Shown here one piece after another: positions 38,810-51,795 of a stretch of 64,000 nt of DNA. The notes under the pieces were generated by a model. That model had not been told where the DNA came from and made no database searches. It saw only the letters and a list, made by a program, of their open reading frames with translations. Positions within the stretch are counted from its first letter, which is position 1, and the number at the start of each line of letters is the position of its first letter. Position numbers and translations under genes: made by a program. The DNA lies in contig JARDVH010000193.1 of the NCBI GenBank assembly GCA_030324005.1, forward strand, positions 28,407,574 through 28,471,573. The letters run 5' to 3'. The stretch comes from Negaprion brevirostris (lineage: Eukaryota).

Positions 38810-40670
38810 TGTCTGAAAACAACAAAACCTTTGAAACAGATGAAATTCCAACTAAAATCCTGAAATATGGCAGAAATAAACTGCTGGCGTGGCTGCACAA
38901 TCTCTTATCCCTCACCTGGGAAAAAGAATGCATGCCAGGGGATCTGACAGATGCCATGATTGTGAATATATTCTGAAATGGAGACTTCCAATCGCAGTCT
39001 ACTGAGGCTCCTCCCAGCTGCCTGCCACAGGAAAGATCGTCTCAGTCGCCTCCTCCCAGTGATAGAGGAGTTTCTTCCAGAGTTGCAATGATTGTTTTCA
39101 TCCTTTGTGAGGCACCACAGAGCTTCACTGTGGAGCAAAGCCAAGAAACATGCAAGGAACAGCAGCAACTGTATTTGACCTTTTGATCATCATGAAAGCC
39201 CTTCACACTGTCAACCTTGAAGGGTTCTGGGGTATCTCCTCAAATTTGGCTGCCATCAGAAATTTGTAAGCATCCTCCACCTACTCCACGATGACATTCA
39301 AGCCATGATTCTCACTAATGGAATCACACAGACCCTTTCTCAATAAGGACTGGGGTCAAATAAGGGTCATGCCATTATATCAACCGTCTCCTCCATCTCA
39401 TGCTGCAATAATAATAGAATCGTAGAATCATAGAACCCTACAGTGCAGAAAAAGGCCCTTCGGCCCATCGAGTCTGCACTGAACACAATCCCACCCAGGC
39501 CCTATCCCTACATATTATACCCACTAATCCCTCTAACCTAGTATCCTTGGACACTAAGGGGCAATTTCTTAGCATAGCCAATCAACCTAACCCACACATC
39601 TTTGGATAAGATGCGTCTTATTATGCTTAAGATGCATAATGTGCCTTGCCTCAAGAAAATTACTCATAGGAAAGGAGATAATTTACAGATCAGATGGGGA
39701 ACTGTTCAACGTTTTTCCTCCTTCAATCCAAACCAAAATCATGTGAACTTCAGTCATTGAACTTCAGTCTACGGATGATGCTTATGCGTATACTCACTCT
39801 GCAACTGAGCTCCAGGGCATGGATGACACCTTCTTCAAAGCATGTTAGCAAATGAACCTTTCACTAAACACCCAGAAAACTAAGGTCCTCTTCTCATCAG
39901 CTCCCACAGCACAACACCTCTCCCATCAATTAAAATCAACAGCAAGATCCTTGAAAATACAATCCATTTTCTGTATTGTGTAAATCATTTCCCAATGGAA
40001 AAAGAGATAGATGTGCCAGCTCAGCCTTGCTTGAGTTGAGGAAAGGAGTATTTGAAGACTAAGGTCACGGTTTAGCCGGCAGCAGTGATTCTCCAAATGC
40101 TTTGGAGTTTTGAACGATTACAACAGGAACCTCAAAGCACTGACGAAGCACCCCTAAATCCAAGAGCAAGAAAGGTAGCCCAAAGTAGCAGCCTCTCCCA
40201 AGCCAACATACCCAACATTTTGTGAGGCACTATTCAGTCCAAACCAGCTCCACTGGGCAGGGCCTGTCGCTCATTAACCCTTTCCAGACTCCCGGCACAA
40301 TGGCTCTGCTTGGAACCCAATCGTGGCAGGAGACTCCCAGGAGGACAACTGAATGTTTTAGGGTTGTCCTCAAAGCATCCTTGAAGAGGTTAGACCATCC
40401 TCACCAACTCATTGGAGTCCCTGACGTGTGAGCAACCAAAATGGAGAAAGTTCATTCAGAAAGGCAACAAGCACACTGAGAGCTTTTGGCAGGAACATGC
40501 AGAAACAAAGTTGAGGTGTCGGTGTGAGTGTACAAACCTCCCAAGAATTTACCTCCAGCCATCACCTGGATATGGAATTTCTGCTAATTGCATAATGGGT
40601 TTAACAACCATCTCAGAACCCATTGAGTGGAAGTAAACAATGTTTTGCGTTAGGGACTGCCTAAGAATAA
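38810..40670 (+). mobile_element. Decayed RTE-clade LINE with a SINE tail inserted at ~39415-39607
   Basis: Decayed RTE motifs (ILKYG, LLKFGCHQKFVSILHLLHDD, IRTGVK*G, LQSTDDA) in collinear order. Confidence 0.8.
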
Positions 40671-43496
40671 GACTTTACATGCTTGGAGAAGACTTTTGTG
40701 TTCTCTTTAATGTTAACTGCCATCCTCTGCTCTATTTGTTTTTTTGAAAGTTTGATTTTTGAAAATCTTCATTTTACCACACGGCATACTGCATTTGGAT
40801 TGGTCCTCACTTGAAGAATTCTCCTAACACAGATTATGCATCTTTTTAAATTTAACCATATTTTCTAACTCCCTCATCATCCAAGGAGCCTGGTTTTAGT
40901 TCCCCTGCCTTCTTTCTTGTAGAATGTGCCTAGCCTTACTTGAAATAGTTCTTACTTAAATATCACCCATTGCACTGTTACATTTTTTCCTGTCAATCTT
41001 TGCTTCCATTTTACTCTAGTCACATCCCCTTTCATCCAATTGACATTAGCCTTCTTCCCTCTTTGCCTCCTCAAGGATATTCTCTGTTTCCAACATTACG
41101 GTGTTTCCTTAACCAATATTGCCAACCCTCCAACCATTTTCCCTTTTCTATTTGTTTTGAATACTTTGCATTCTTGAACTTAAAGTGCTCAGTCCTCACC
41201 ATTTTAAAACAATATTTCTATTATTGCTACTATATCCCAATATTCCCCCACAGCTATTTGTGCCTGTAACTCACCAACATTTTTCACTACATTTTGTGCA
41301 TTCATGTATTTGCATTCTAAACCTGTCATCGTATTCCCTCTTATCCTTCACAGACATTCCCTTCTCCACTGTTAGCTAGTATTTTGTACATCATATTCCA
41401 GTTCTATATGCTGGTGCTCAACTCCCCTTCCCCCACTGCCCGCCAATTTAACTTAAACTCTCCCCAGTCACACTGGTAAACCTCGTTGCGAGCACATCTC
41501 TCCCAGTTGTTTTGAAGTGCATCCGTTCCCATTCCTCCCCCAGAAGTGGTCCCAATGCCTCAACAATCCAGCTGACTCCCTCCTGCACCGTGCCTCAAGC
41601 CACACGTTTATGAAATAGTTCCTGATTGTGCCCCGACCCTGTGGGCATTTGTAAACCTGACCCAATGTCTCTTGGATGGCTGTAACCTTTGTTCTATTTG
41701 TTGAATTATTTCCGCATTGTCAATAACGTTTTCACGTTACTGGCATTCTGTACATTAACTGCATCCAAAATAGATGCAATTCAATTGGGAATTTAAGATA
41801 ATTATAAAATTAAATTGTCAATGAAATAACAGACAACAGCAACAGTCAAAGACAGACATGGCTTAATGCTTTGTGGAATCTTATCAAGTACTATAATTGG
41901 CAGTAAAACACAATAGACCCTTAGCTGCATTTATGGTACAAATAGTTCTATTCTTCATTTTAAAAATTACAATATTTTGCTTTGGCTTCAATTGAAAATA
42001 ATTTTAATGAAAATACATTCATCCATACTTTCTAGAACGGTCCAAATAACCAACAAGCTAGGATTGAAATACATAGGTACTCACATTAGTGTTTATTAAA
42101 TGACTTTGGTAGTGATTTATCTATTGTAACAACTTAGAGGTTTCAAGTTAGATTGTGAGCTGACATTGCAGCTGAATCAAGAAAACTAAAGTGATATTCA
42201 AAAATTTGGCTCCAAAAATCAGCAAGAATTGGTTGAGGAACTTTATATAAATTCTGAGATGTGTCCAGATTGGATCTCCAGTGCTGATCCGTGCAATGTT
42301 TTATGGACTTGGGGGCAATTTGGTTGTCACAAATGAGTGTTATTACCACAAGAGACACATACTGAAAAACTCCAGCAGAGGTGACCTGACCAGGGAAGTT
42401 TGTTAGCCTTCAAAGTGGGGGCTAAAATGCTTCAAAATAGACACTCCCACCCTCCAAACTTTTAAACTAAGGAAATTACTTTTGAATTCGGGCCACCTTT
42501 GCTGGTGGGTTGGAGGGGAACCTCTCTGCAGGGCCTTCAGGTGCTGCATCCCGAAGCAGGCGGGGCGGGGGGAGGAGTGGTGAGTCTGCTGTCGGCCTGC
42601 CTGGACCACTTTCTGCCCACCCTATTGGAGAGCTGCATCTGGTCTGACCACAGGGGGAGTCATTTGAGGCCTCAGTGTGGCAGACTTTCCAATGTGGGAA
42701 TTCACATACCTAGCACTGCTTTGGCATTCAGATATCACAAAACTTTTTAGGGATATTCCATATTTCTAAAGGGATCGAAACTACATGCACACTTCTTCCT
42801 TTAGTGGAACTTGTTTCTTTTTCTGGCTTGTAACTTGTCCTATGCAAGCTTTTCACTTCTGAAAAACCACAGCAATGTGGATGAGAACTCTGTGCTAAAC
42901 ACTTGCTGGAAGTGAATTAACAAATCAGCACAAGTAGTGAGGCCTCTATTGCGATCAGGCAATTGAGTTTGAGAATCATACACCTGCCTGTCCACCCCAC
43001 TAAAAGAAAAACAGCAATGTGCCACTCAATCTCATCTCTTGAGAGGAACAGGGAGTAGATTGGGAGAAATTACTTCAATTAGTGAGGGAGGATAGGACTG
43101 GAGACATAGTCTAAAAATTGGAGCTAGGTAACACTTCTTCATTTCAAAAGATGGTGGGAGTTTGGAACCCTCTTGCACAAATTGCAATTTATGCTATTAT
43201 AAAACAAATAGATAGGTTTTTTTCTGAGCCACAAATGCTAAGAGATATGGGGTAAGTTGAATCAGATTGTACATCAGCCATGATCTCATTGAATGGCAGA
43301 ACGGGCACCAGGGCTGAAATGGCCTCCTTTTCCTATGTTCCGGAGTTTCTTTTCACCTATGTCCTGAAACATCCTGCAGGAGTGTTCTGTGGGTGTTAAC
43401 AAAATGTTTGAAACTCCCTAATTTCCATTTAATTATGATGTAAGCTGTCATGTTAATCACTGACCACCTTAGGTAATGATTGTGCCAACTCTTGTG

Positions 43497-43635
43497 AGAT
43501 GAAGAAGTCACATTGAACTCGAAGTGTTAACTCTGTTTCTCTCTCCACAGATGCTGCCAAACCTGCTGAATTTTTCTAGATTCTCTGTTTTTATTTCAGA
43601 TTTCTAGCATCTGCAGAATTATGCTTTTATTTCAG
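43497..43635 (+). mobile_element. Short Penelope-derived repeat with degenerate hammerhead
   Basis: gatgaag...ctcgaagtgttaactctgtttctctctccacagatgctgcc; related copies at ~46460-46530 (-) and 57570-57692 (+). Confidence 0.6.
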
Positions 43636-43689
43636 TGAGAATATGTCTGATGTTGAGAATGCGCTGTGATCATAAAGTAGTCTTTGAGC

Positions 43690-45020
43690 AAGGAGGACCA
43701 AATGATAAAATCAGGAATCTCAAGGCTGAAGTCAAGATAAAGGACAATTGTTATGGTTCAGGTCAGAAACTCTAAAGTTTTTATGGAGCCCACCTGGATT
43801 TGGCTAGGATTGGCATGATAAGTTTCACTTCAGATATGATTCAAATTACCTACCAGGGAGCTTTTTAATCAATCGAAGTTTATAGTTAACATGTATGGAA
43901 AGAAAATTAGCAATAATTCTTATTAATTACAGACAAAAANNNNNNNNNNAATCCCAGAAGAATGTATACCCCTTAACAAATGTGTCAAAGATGTTCCAAT
44001 CAAACCAAAACCTTCCATTGACAAAACCCTTTAAAAACGTTTGAACCAGCAAAGTCTAATGTTCACGTGATACTAGAATTGAGTCCTTTGGTTGGAGAAT
44101 TGAAAAGTCTCAGTTTTGTAAGTTCTAGTAGTCCTCTTGACACACCCAGAAGTTTGACGATAGAAAAGCTTCGCAAAACCCCACTTAGACCCTGGTCAAG
44201 CCCCCAGAAGCAGATTTTCTACTCCAGGAAGGTTTTCAGCTAAACCAGCAGAATTCTCAAAATCAGGGAGAATGTGAGCGAGAGAAAGAGAGAGAGAGAG
44301 AGAGAGACATACTTCTTTTCAGCTTGCTGTTCCTTCTAAAACTAACCTACAGCTCAAAACTGAAAAAATGTAAGACTTGCCAACCAGTTTTCCTCCTAAC
44401 AATGCAAGGTTATAAAAACTAATCTCAGAAAGTACCTGAGGTCGCCATTTAAACCATTTAAGGAGCAATAAAAGGACATCTTGTCAACAGCTCGGCACCC
44501 TTCTTAAAGGTACACTAACATTACACAATGTATAGCCAACATAAAGCTAGGCCAGTGCCTTGTGCATGTTTCAAAACAGCAATTAAAGAGCTGAATAGTT
44601 TAGAAAGGACATAGACAACTAAGAAGATGAAGAGCAATGAATGAGCTGTACCATTGCAGTGGTTCAAAATGTAGATGGGCCCATCTGGTTTATGGAGATT
44701 TAAATAGGTGATCAGGAAAGATATTCATGCACTGCCTACCAGTGAATATTTGTTTTCTAATTTAGCCAATAGACCAATATTCAGTAAAGTAGCATTAACA
44801 ACTATATATAGCATTAGTTACTTCCACAAATACCTCTACAATAGGAAGTTTACTTTGTTAACCGATCACCATGCCCTTACGACAATATTTAGTTCAAAGA
44901 AGGGAGTGCCATCCCTAGCAGCAGTACAGCTTCAGAAATGACATTGATCTTGAAGACCCATCAGTATGATATTAAATACCGTAAATCAGTGGATCATGTA
45001 ATTGCGGACTTTTTGAGTTT
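43690..45020 (+). mobile_element. Gypsy pol remnant interrupted by a solo LTR
   Basis: KARPVP...KELNSLER; FHKYLYNRKFTLLTDHHALTTIF...YDIKYRKSVDHVIADFLS (RNase H). Confidence 0.85.
43749..44525. mobile_element. Solo LTR (777 bp as assembled) with 4-bp TSD CAAT
   Basis: TGTTA...TTACA termini; CAAT at 43745-43748 and 44526-44529; internal (GA)n at 44278-44307. Confidence 0.85.
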
Positions 45021-45109
45021 TTTTGATTCATTCTTAGCCATTGAGTTAGCTGTGAATAACTTTACACACACAAATGTTATAGGGATTTGGTGCTCAAATA
45101 TGTTAAGAA

Positions 45110-46170
45110 AGTTTTTTTATTCTTTCATGGCATGTGTGTGTTGTTGGCTAGGCCAGCATTTATTATGCATCACTAATTCTCCTTCAGAAGTTGATTTTTT
45201 TTCTGAACTGTTCCAGTCCATGTGGTGTAAGTGCACCTACATTGCTGTGAGGAAGAACATTCTAAGGCTTTGATCCAGTGACTGTGAAAGAATGACAATA
45301 TAGTTACAAGTGAGGGTTGTATGCAGCTTGGAGGGGAACTTTCAAATTGAGATGTTTCCATGTGTCTGCTCCCCTAGTCCCTCTGGGTGATAGATATTGT
45401 GGATTTGGAAAGTGCTGTCAAAGGGGCCTTAGTGATTTATTGCATCTTGTAGATGGTACAACTTCTGTCACTGTGTATCAATGGAGGAATGAGTGAACGT
45501 TGAAAGTGTTGGTTGAGGNNNNNNNNNNGGTGTCGAGCAAGTGGGCTGTTTTGTCCTGAATGATGAGCTTTCTGAGTGTTGTTGGAGCTGCACTCATCCA
45601 GGCAAGTGGAGAGTATTCTACCACACTCCTGACTTGCGCCTTGTAAATAATGGACAGGATTTGCAGAGTCACGAATTCTAAGCCTTTGATCTGCCACAGT
45701 ATTGATATGATTGGTCCAGTTAAGTTTCTGTTCAATGGTGATAAGCCCAAGGATGTTGATGGTGGAGGAAGCAGAAGGCAATGTGGTTGAAAATCAAGGG
45801 GAGATGGTTATCTTGTTCTTGTTCTAGATAATTATTGTCTGCTACTGGTATGGCAAGAATGCAACTGACCAATTTTTAACCCAAGTCTGAAAGTTGTCCA
45901 AGTCTTGCTGAATATGGACATAGAGGAGAACTTGCGGTTGGTTGTCTAAGTCACACCCTATCCTGATTTCAAACCAGATTGCCATTTCTTCACTATCATG
46001 GCTCAAGACCCTGGAACTCTCTCCCTAATAACACCATGAGTGTAACTCCACCACAAGGACTGCCACATTTCAAAAAGCAACTCACCACTATCTTTGCAAG
46101 GGCAATTAAGAATGGGAAATCAATTCTGGCCTTACCAGTGATGCTCACATCCTGTAAATGAATTTTAAAA
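45110..46170. mobile_element. CR1/L2-group LINE 3' fragments in both orientations
   Basis: IYKAQVRSVVEYSPLAWMSAAPTTL on the minus strand; plus-strand 3' tail at 45950-46165. Confidence 0.82.
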
Positions 46171-47929
46171 ATGTTCTACAGCTGCTCAATTGCTCCCTTG
46201 AACCTTGCACCAAAGAAGTAACTTACCATCCTAGAATCATACATACAGCTGCAGAGACACCTGCCTGTTCCCCTAACTATCGAGCCTCTGTCACTGTTGC
46301 CTTTCTGATCTGCTTCCCCTGCTATGCAGCTGAGTTCATGGTGCCATTTGCTTGTTTCTGGCTTTGGTCTCCAGGGGAACCATCTCCCTCAGCAGTATTC
46401 AGAATTAAATACGGATCAGAAAGCAAGATACATTCAGAGGATTTCCGCACGACCTGCCCAGAATAAAAATAGAAAATGCTGGAAATGCTCAGTAATTCTT
46501 GCAGCATTTGTGAAAAGAGATGCAGAAATGAACCAGGAATTTACCAGGATTAAAACTTAAGCCTTATCTCTGATCTGATATGGGAGAAAGTAATCAACAG
46601 CTTCTCAGCAATTAGCTCCTTCCCTCACACTGGTGTCATTTTAGATGTCTCTTTTTACCTCTATCCTGAATGTTCAAACTTCCTTACCTCTTAGTCTATA
46701 TATAAATATTCATGGATTCCTTTTAGCTTTAAGGTTACTTATCTGGTTAGCTGACACCGTGACACGAACGATAATTACTAAAAACCAATAAAGAAAACAA
46801 TTAGCTGTCACTTGCCTGATCTAGTCCACACCCTCTGCAGGATCATGTTTTAAGGGCCCCCCTGTTTCTTTGATGCCTGCCGCTGTAGTCCCAGCAAGTT
46901 CTGCTTCATTACTCTGAAGTACTTCAGGAAATCCTGAAGACAAGCAAAGTACTATCAAAATGTATTCTTTCTAATGAATGAAAAAAGTAGTTAAGAATGG
47001 TTTAGCTTATTTATTAAAATGAAAACATGAAGAATAATCCAACTGTACTAAAAAAAATTAAGGATACTTTGCTAAGAGCAGAAGTACAGAGTAAACATTC
47101 ATTGCTATTGTAAGAAGAGATGTGCAAACAGTATCACGTAAGGAATAACTGTGAATGCAACAGTCCTGACAATGGAATTGGCCTTTACAAAATTCAAGTC
47201 ACGACTGCGTGTTTCATGGATTACTGTCTATTTCGAGACATTGTCCTGGGTCAGGTCACGTATAGTTGGATAAATCAAAATTATCCAAATTGCAATAAAA
47301 TTTTATGGAATCTGTGATTTTGCAAGGTAAAACCAGAACTATTTTTGGTATCCCAAACCCATACAATTGATAAAATGAACTAAAGGTTGTAGGTACAATT
47401 TTGATGAATTACTTTGGGTACTAATGATCCTCCAAGATGTGGTCAAGATTGGGCCTTAAACTGCAATGTTGGTTTAGTCCCTGCTTAGTCCAAGATGCCA
47501 CCTTGATAAAGACTGGGATCCAGGAGGCTTCTTAAGAGGCCGATCAACAATGAAATTGCCTGTTGGCATTCATTAAGAAGACCCTGCACAATTCTGATGA
47601 AAAATGCTTCATTGAACAAGCTCTCTGCTTTTCCTAAAAAAACTACCAGCACTGCTTAAGTCCATGCTTACGTTCCAATGTCACTTGTTTGAGATTTGAC
47701 TAACTACGTTGCATTAGAAGGGGACTTTTGGAACTCCATCAAGAGGCTTTCTGGGACACCTTTTTTCAAGATTTCACCAACTCCCAATCAGCAATTTTCC
47801 CAGATACTTTCTCAGGACATCACCTATTATTGGATATCCTGTAGGAAGCAGCCAGAGAAAATGAGTGCTTGATAATGGGCATCTTGCCAAGTGTCTCCCT
47901 TGCTCTATACGAAATACTGGGGGAGGAGG

Positions 47930-48480
47930 TGAGGCCAGACAATGCAGCCAGTTGCTGCAGGGGAGAGGGACAGGACTGAGGAGCAAAGAGGGTTCTCAGC
48001 AGGAGAGCCCATCTATCCAGGGACTTTAGAGAGGGCTAAATCTATATTCATATAACCCAAGGGCAGTACATGAAGAGTCTGCATTTTTACCAAAGAAGTC
48101 ATTACAAAGATTTGTGGCGTTACACAACGAAGACTCCGACTTTGTAGCACAGTCTGGATATTCAGGACTTGACCTAAAAGAAGTGAGTGCTCTGCTACTC
48201 CATGTTATTATCCACTAACATGTAATGTAGCCTATTTAATGAGCCAAGACTGTATTGCCTTTGGCAGTCAAGGTCACAGTAACACTTAATTTTGATGTTA
48301 ATGGAATCGTCAAGGTTGTCAGAGGTGACACAAGTCCCTTATCACTTCTGTGCAAGGAAGATCTCTGTGGTTCCATATAATCTAAGGAATGGCAAAAACA
48401 TTATTCCCTACGCTAGAGGCAGCAAATTTGACAGGATTCTGAGATTTCCCATGGTTGGGGCGCCATTGACTGTACACATG
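47930..48480 (+). pseudogene. PIF/Harbinger (HARBI1-like) transposase remnant
   Basis: Manual translation across frameshifts gives FTKEVITKIC (48086), TVLPLAVKVTVTLNF (48249) and FPMV.GAIDCTH (48459-48479, first catalytic Asp). Confidence 0.8.
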
Positions 48481-48639
48481 GGACAATATGAACCTATCAT
48501 TTCATCTTGGATATGTTCAGGAATGGGAAGGGAAATTTGGAGAATAAGTGCTATGGACCACCTAAAGGAGGCAGTGGTGTAGTGGTAATGTCCCTGGATC
48601 ATTGACCAAAAACTGAATTGGACCAGCAATTTAAATATT

Positions 48640-49395
48640 GTAGCAACAAGTGAAGGTTAGAGGCTGGGAACTCTGCACGGAATAGCTTACTTCCTGACTC
48701 CCTGAATTCTGTCCACCCATCTACAAAATGCGTCAGAACTTTTCTACTTGTCTGGATGAGTGCAGCTTGAACAACGCTCAAGTAACTCAGCACAATCCAG
48801 GACAAAGTAACCTGTCTGATTGATATCCCATCCATCAACTTCACCATTAATTCCCTCCACGATGAACATACAATGGCAGCAGTGTGTACAATCTACAAGA
48901 TGCACTGCAACCACTCACAAAGCTCCTTCGATAACACCTTCCAAACCTACGATCTCTATCATGTGGAAGGACAAGGCAGCAGATACAAAGATGTGTGGAA
49001 TAGGTGGATTGGCCTTGCTAAATTGCCACTTAGTATCAGGGGAATAGCTAGGATAAATGCATGGGGTTATGGGGATAGGGCCTGGGTGGGAACGGTGGTC
49101 AGTGCAGACTTGATGGACCAAATGGCCTCCTTCTCCACTGTAGGATTCTATGATGGGAGCACCACCACTTGCAAGTTCCTCTCTAAAGTAATCACCATCT
49201 TTACTTGGAAATATATTACTGTTCCTTCACTGTTGCTGGGTCAAAATCCTGGAACTGCCTCTCCAGCAGCACCGTGGATGTACCTATACTACATGAACTG
49301 CAGCAGTTTAAGAAGGCAGTTCACCATCACCTTTTCAAGGGCAATTAAGGATGGGCAATAAATGTTGGTTTAGTCAGCGACACCCATGAATAAAT
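48640..49395 (+). mobile_element. CR1/L2-group LINE 3' end with a V-SINE half inserted at ~48985-49153
   Basis: AAVCTIYKMHC motif; tail gcaattaaggatgggcaataaatg. Confidence 0.82.
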
Positions 49396-49620
49396 TAAAA
49401 GAAATTTAAAAGTAACTTTTTAAACTCCTCCCACCTCCATGCAGTTGTAAAACCTGATGGCTGTTGAACCCTGGTCACCTCACACAAAAATCCAAAAACT
49501 TACCAGAAAACTTAGTGGTGATCTCATTATGTAAATGACTTCCTCAATAGAAGTGAAGTGTTTGGGTCCCACTCTCTCTCCGACCCTCGGGAAAATGGCA
49601 GAGAGTGAAAATGGAGGTGG

Positions 49621-51634
49621 GATTTCTAGCCATAATGATCGGTAGCCATTTTCTCACCTCACCTCTGTTAAATTCTGGCCTCAGCTTCCATTTTAAACTT
49701 TATTTCCAAAATTGCTTACCTCTTTCTTTCGTAAAACTCAATCACATGGAAATTGTCAAAAATTGGTCAGAAAAATTACGAGCTACAGCCGGCATTCAGT
49801 TTATGATGTTGCTGGCAGAGTAATTCAGTGAGGCTCAGTTGAGTAACATCATTTTGATAATAATGCCTAGTTATAGATTTAAGCACCAACAGAACACAAA
49901 AAGGTCTTTGAGATGACTTGTTTTGGTATAAGGTGGAGTGCTTGACAATAATTACTAACATAGAAAAACAAATACAGTGAACCAGCCTTACAGCTTATTG
50001 CTGCCATTAGATTACACTTTTACTCAATAACATAATAAAAAAAAGTTCTTACTCAATAAAATGGATGCTCACTTTGTTTTCCCTAATCACAACTGCAGCT
50101 GATGAATATTAATGAACTCATGCTAAATTATGCATATGGACCGGAAGATTTGGAGCCGGAGTAAGTTTTAAAGCTGCATTGTATTCAGTAATTTGAAGGA
50201 ATTGCCATACTAATAAAAAATTTGAACAGGTTGTTGAAACAAAATACTGCAGTTAAAAAAATGAATAAGTACTTGTACAGAGTATTTCTTAATCTAAATT
50301 TTGAATACCTAAATAACTTGAGGATATGTAAACCAATATTGCTTTGCTTGGTGTAATTTTTACACGATAGCAACCATCAGGGCCACCAACAGGACGAAGC
50401 AAACAGAGGAGGAAGAATGCAATTCCAATAGAACACACTTATGGTGGCACAGTTGTTAGCGCTGCTGCCTCANNNNNNNNNNNNNNNNNNNNNNNNNNNN
50501 NNNNNNNNNNNNNNNNNNNNNNNNNNNNNNNNNNNNNNNNNNNNNNNNNNNNNNNNNNNNNNNNNNNNNNNNGCACAGTTGTTAGCGCTGCTGCCTCACA
50601 GTGCTAAGGACTCAGGTTTGATTCCCAGCTTGAGTCACTATCTTTGTGGAGTTTGCATATTCTCCCTGTGTCTGCATGAATTTTCTCTGAGAGCTCCGAT
50701 TTCTTCCCACAAACCAAAGATGTGAGGGTTAGATGGATTGGCTTTGCTAAAATTGCCCATTAGTGTCAGAGGAACCAGTTAGGATAAATGCATGGGATTA
50801 TGGAGGTAGGGCCTGGGTGGGATTGTGGTTGGTGCAGACTTGATGGGCTGAATGGCCTTCTTCTGAATTGTAGGATTCTATGAAATATCTGCAAGTGAAT
50901 CAAAACACTTAGGCTGATCTTACAAAATTATACTGTTATAGTTTCAATAGGGGATCCATCTGACAATAAGTGACAAATTAGAATTATTTTCTCATACTAC
51001 TGAAAAGTGCAAATTAAAATATACAACTACCCTCTGGCCTTCTTGTAGTTTAGGGCAGAAATCTGTCACCTGCATGAACTAACAAGCAGACAATCCATGA
51101 AATGTTATGTAGATGGTCTCCAGTGGTGTCCAATGCGATGCCACACAGATCAGTAGATTCTAGATTTGCTTATTAGTCTGTGCCAAATTAACTAATCATT
51201 AGCAAGGTTAGAAACCCTACAGTGCCAGAGGAGGCCATTCTGCCATCAAGTCTACATTGACAACAATCCCACCCAGGCCCTATCCCAGTAACCCCATGTA
51301 TTTACCCCACTAATCCCTCTAACTTTATACCAAAACTAGTCATCTCAAAGACCTTTTTGAGTTCTATTGGTGCTTAAATCTATAAATAGGTATTATTGTC
51401 AAAATGATGTTTCTCAACTGAATCTCATGAAATTATTCTGCCAGCAACATCATAAACTGAATACTGGCCATGGCTCATAATTTTTTTGACCAATTTATGA
51501 CAATTTCCATGTAATTGTGTTTTACGGAAAAAGGAGATATGCAATTTTGGAAATTAAATTTAAAATGGAGGTTTAGGCCAGAATTTAACAGAGGTGGGGC
51601 AGAAAATGGCCACTGATCATTATGGCTGGAAATC
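49621..51634. repeat. Inverted duplication, arms 49621-49934 and 51322-51634
   Basis: The arms align as reverse complements along ~310 bp. Confidence 0.93.
50441..50883 (+). mobile_element. HE1-type V-SINE
   Basis: Head, V-domain and tail; a gap duplicates the head. Confidence 0.88.
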
Positions 51635-51795
51635 TAAGGGGCAACTTGACATGGCAAATGCACCCAACCCAAGCACCTTTGGACTGTGGGAGGAAACTGG
51701 AGCACCTGGAGGAAATCCACGCAGACACAAGGAGCATGTGCAAACTCCACACAGACAGTGAGGCAGCAGTGCTAACTACTGTGCCACTATGGCAC
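51207..51795 (-). mobile_element. HE1-type V-SINE split by the inverted templated insertion
   Basis: SINE halves at 51207-51323 and 51635-51795. Confidence 0.88.
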
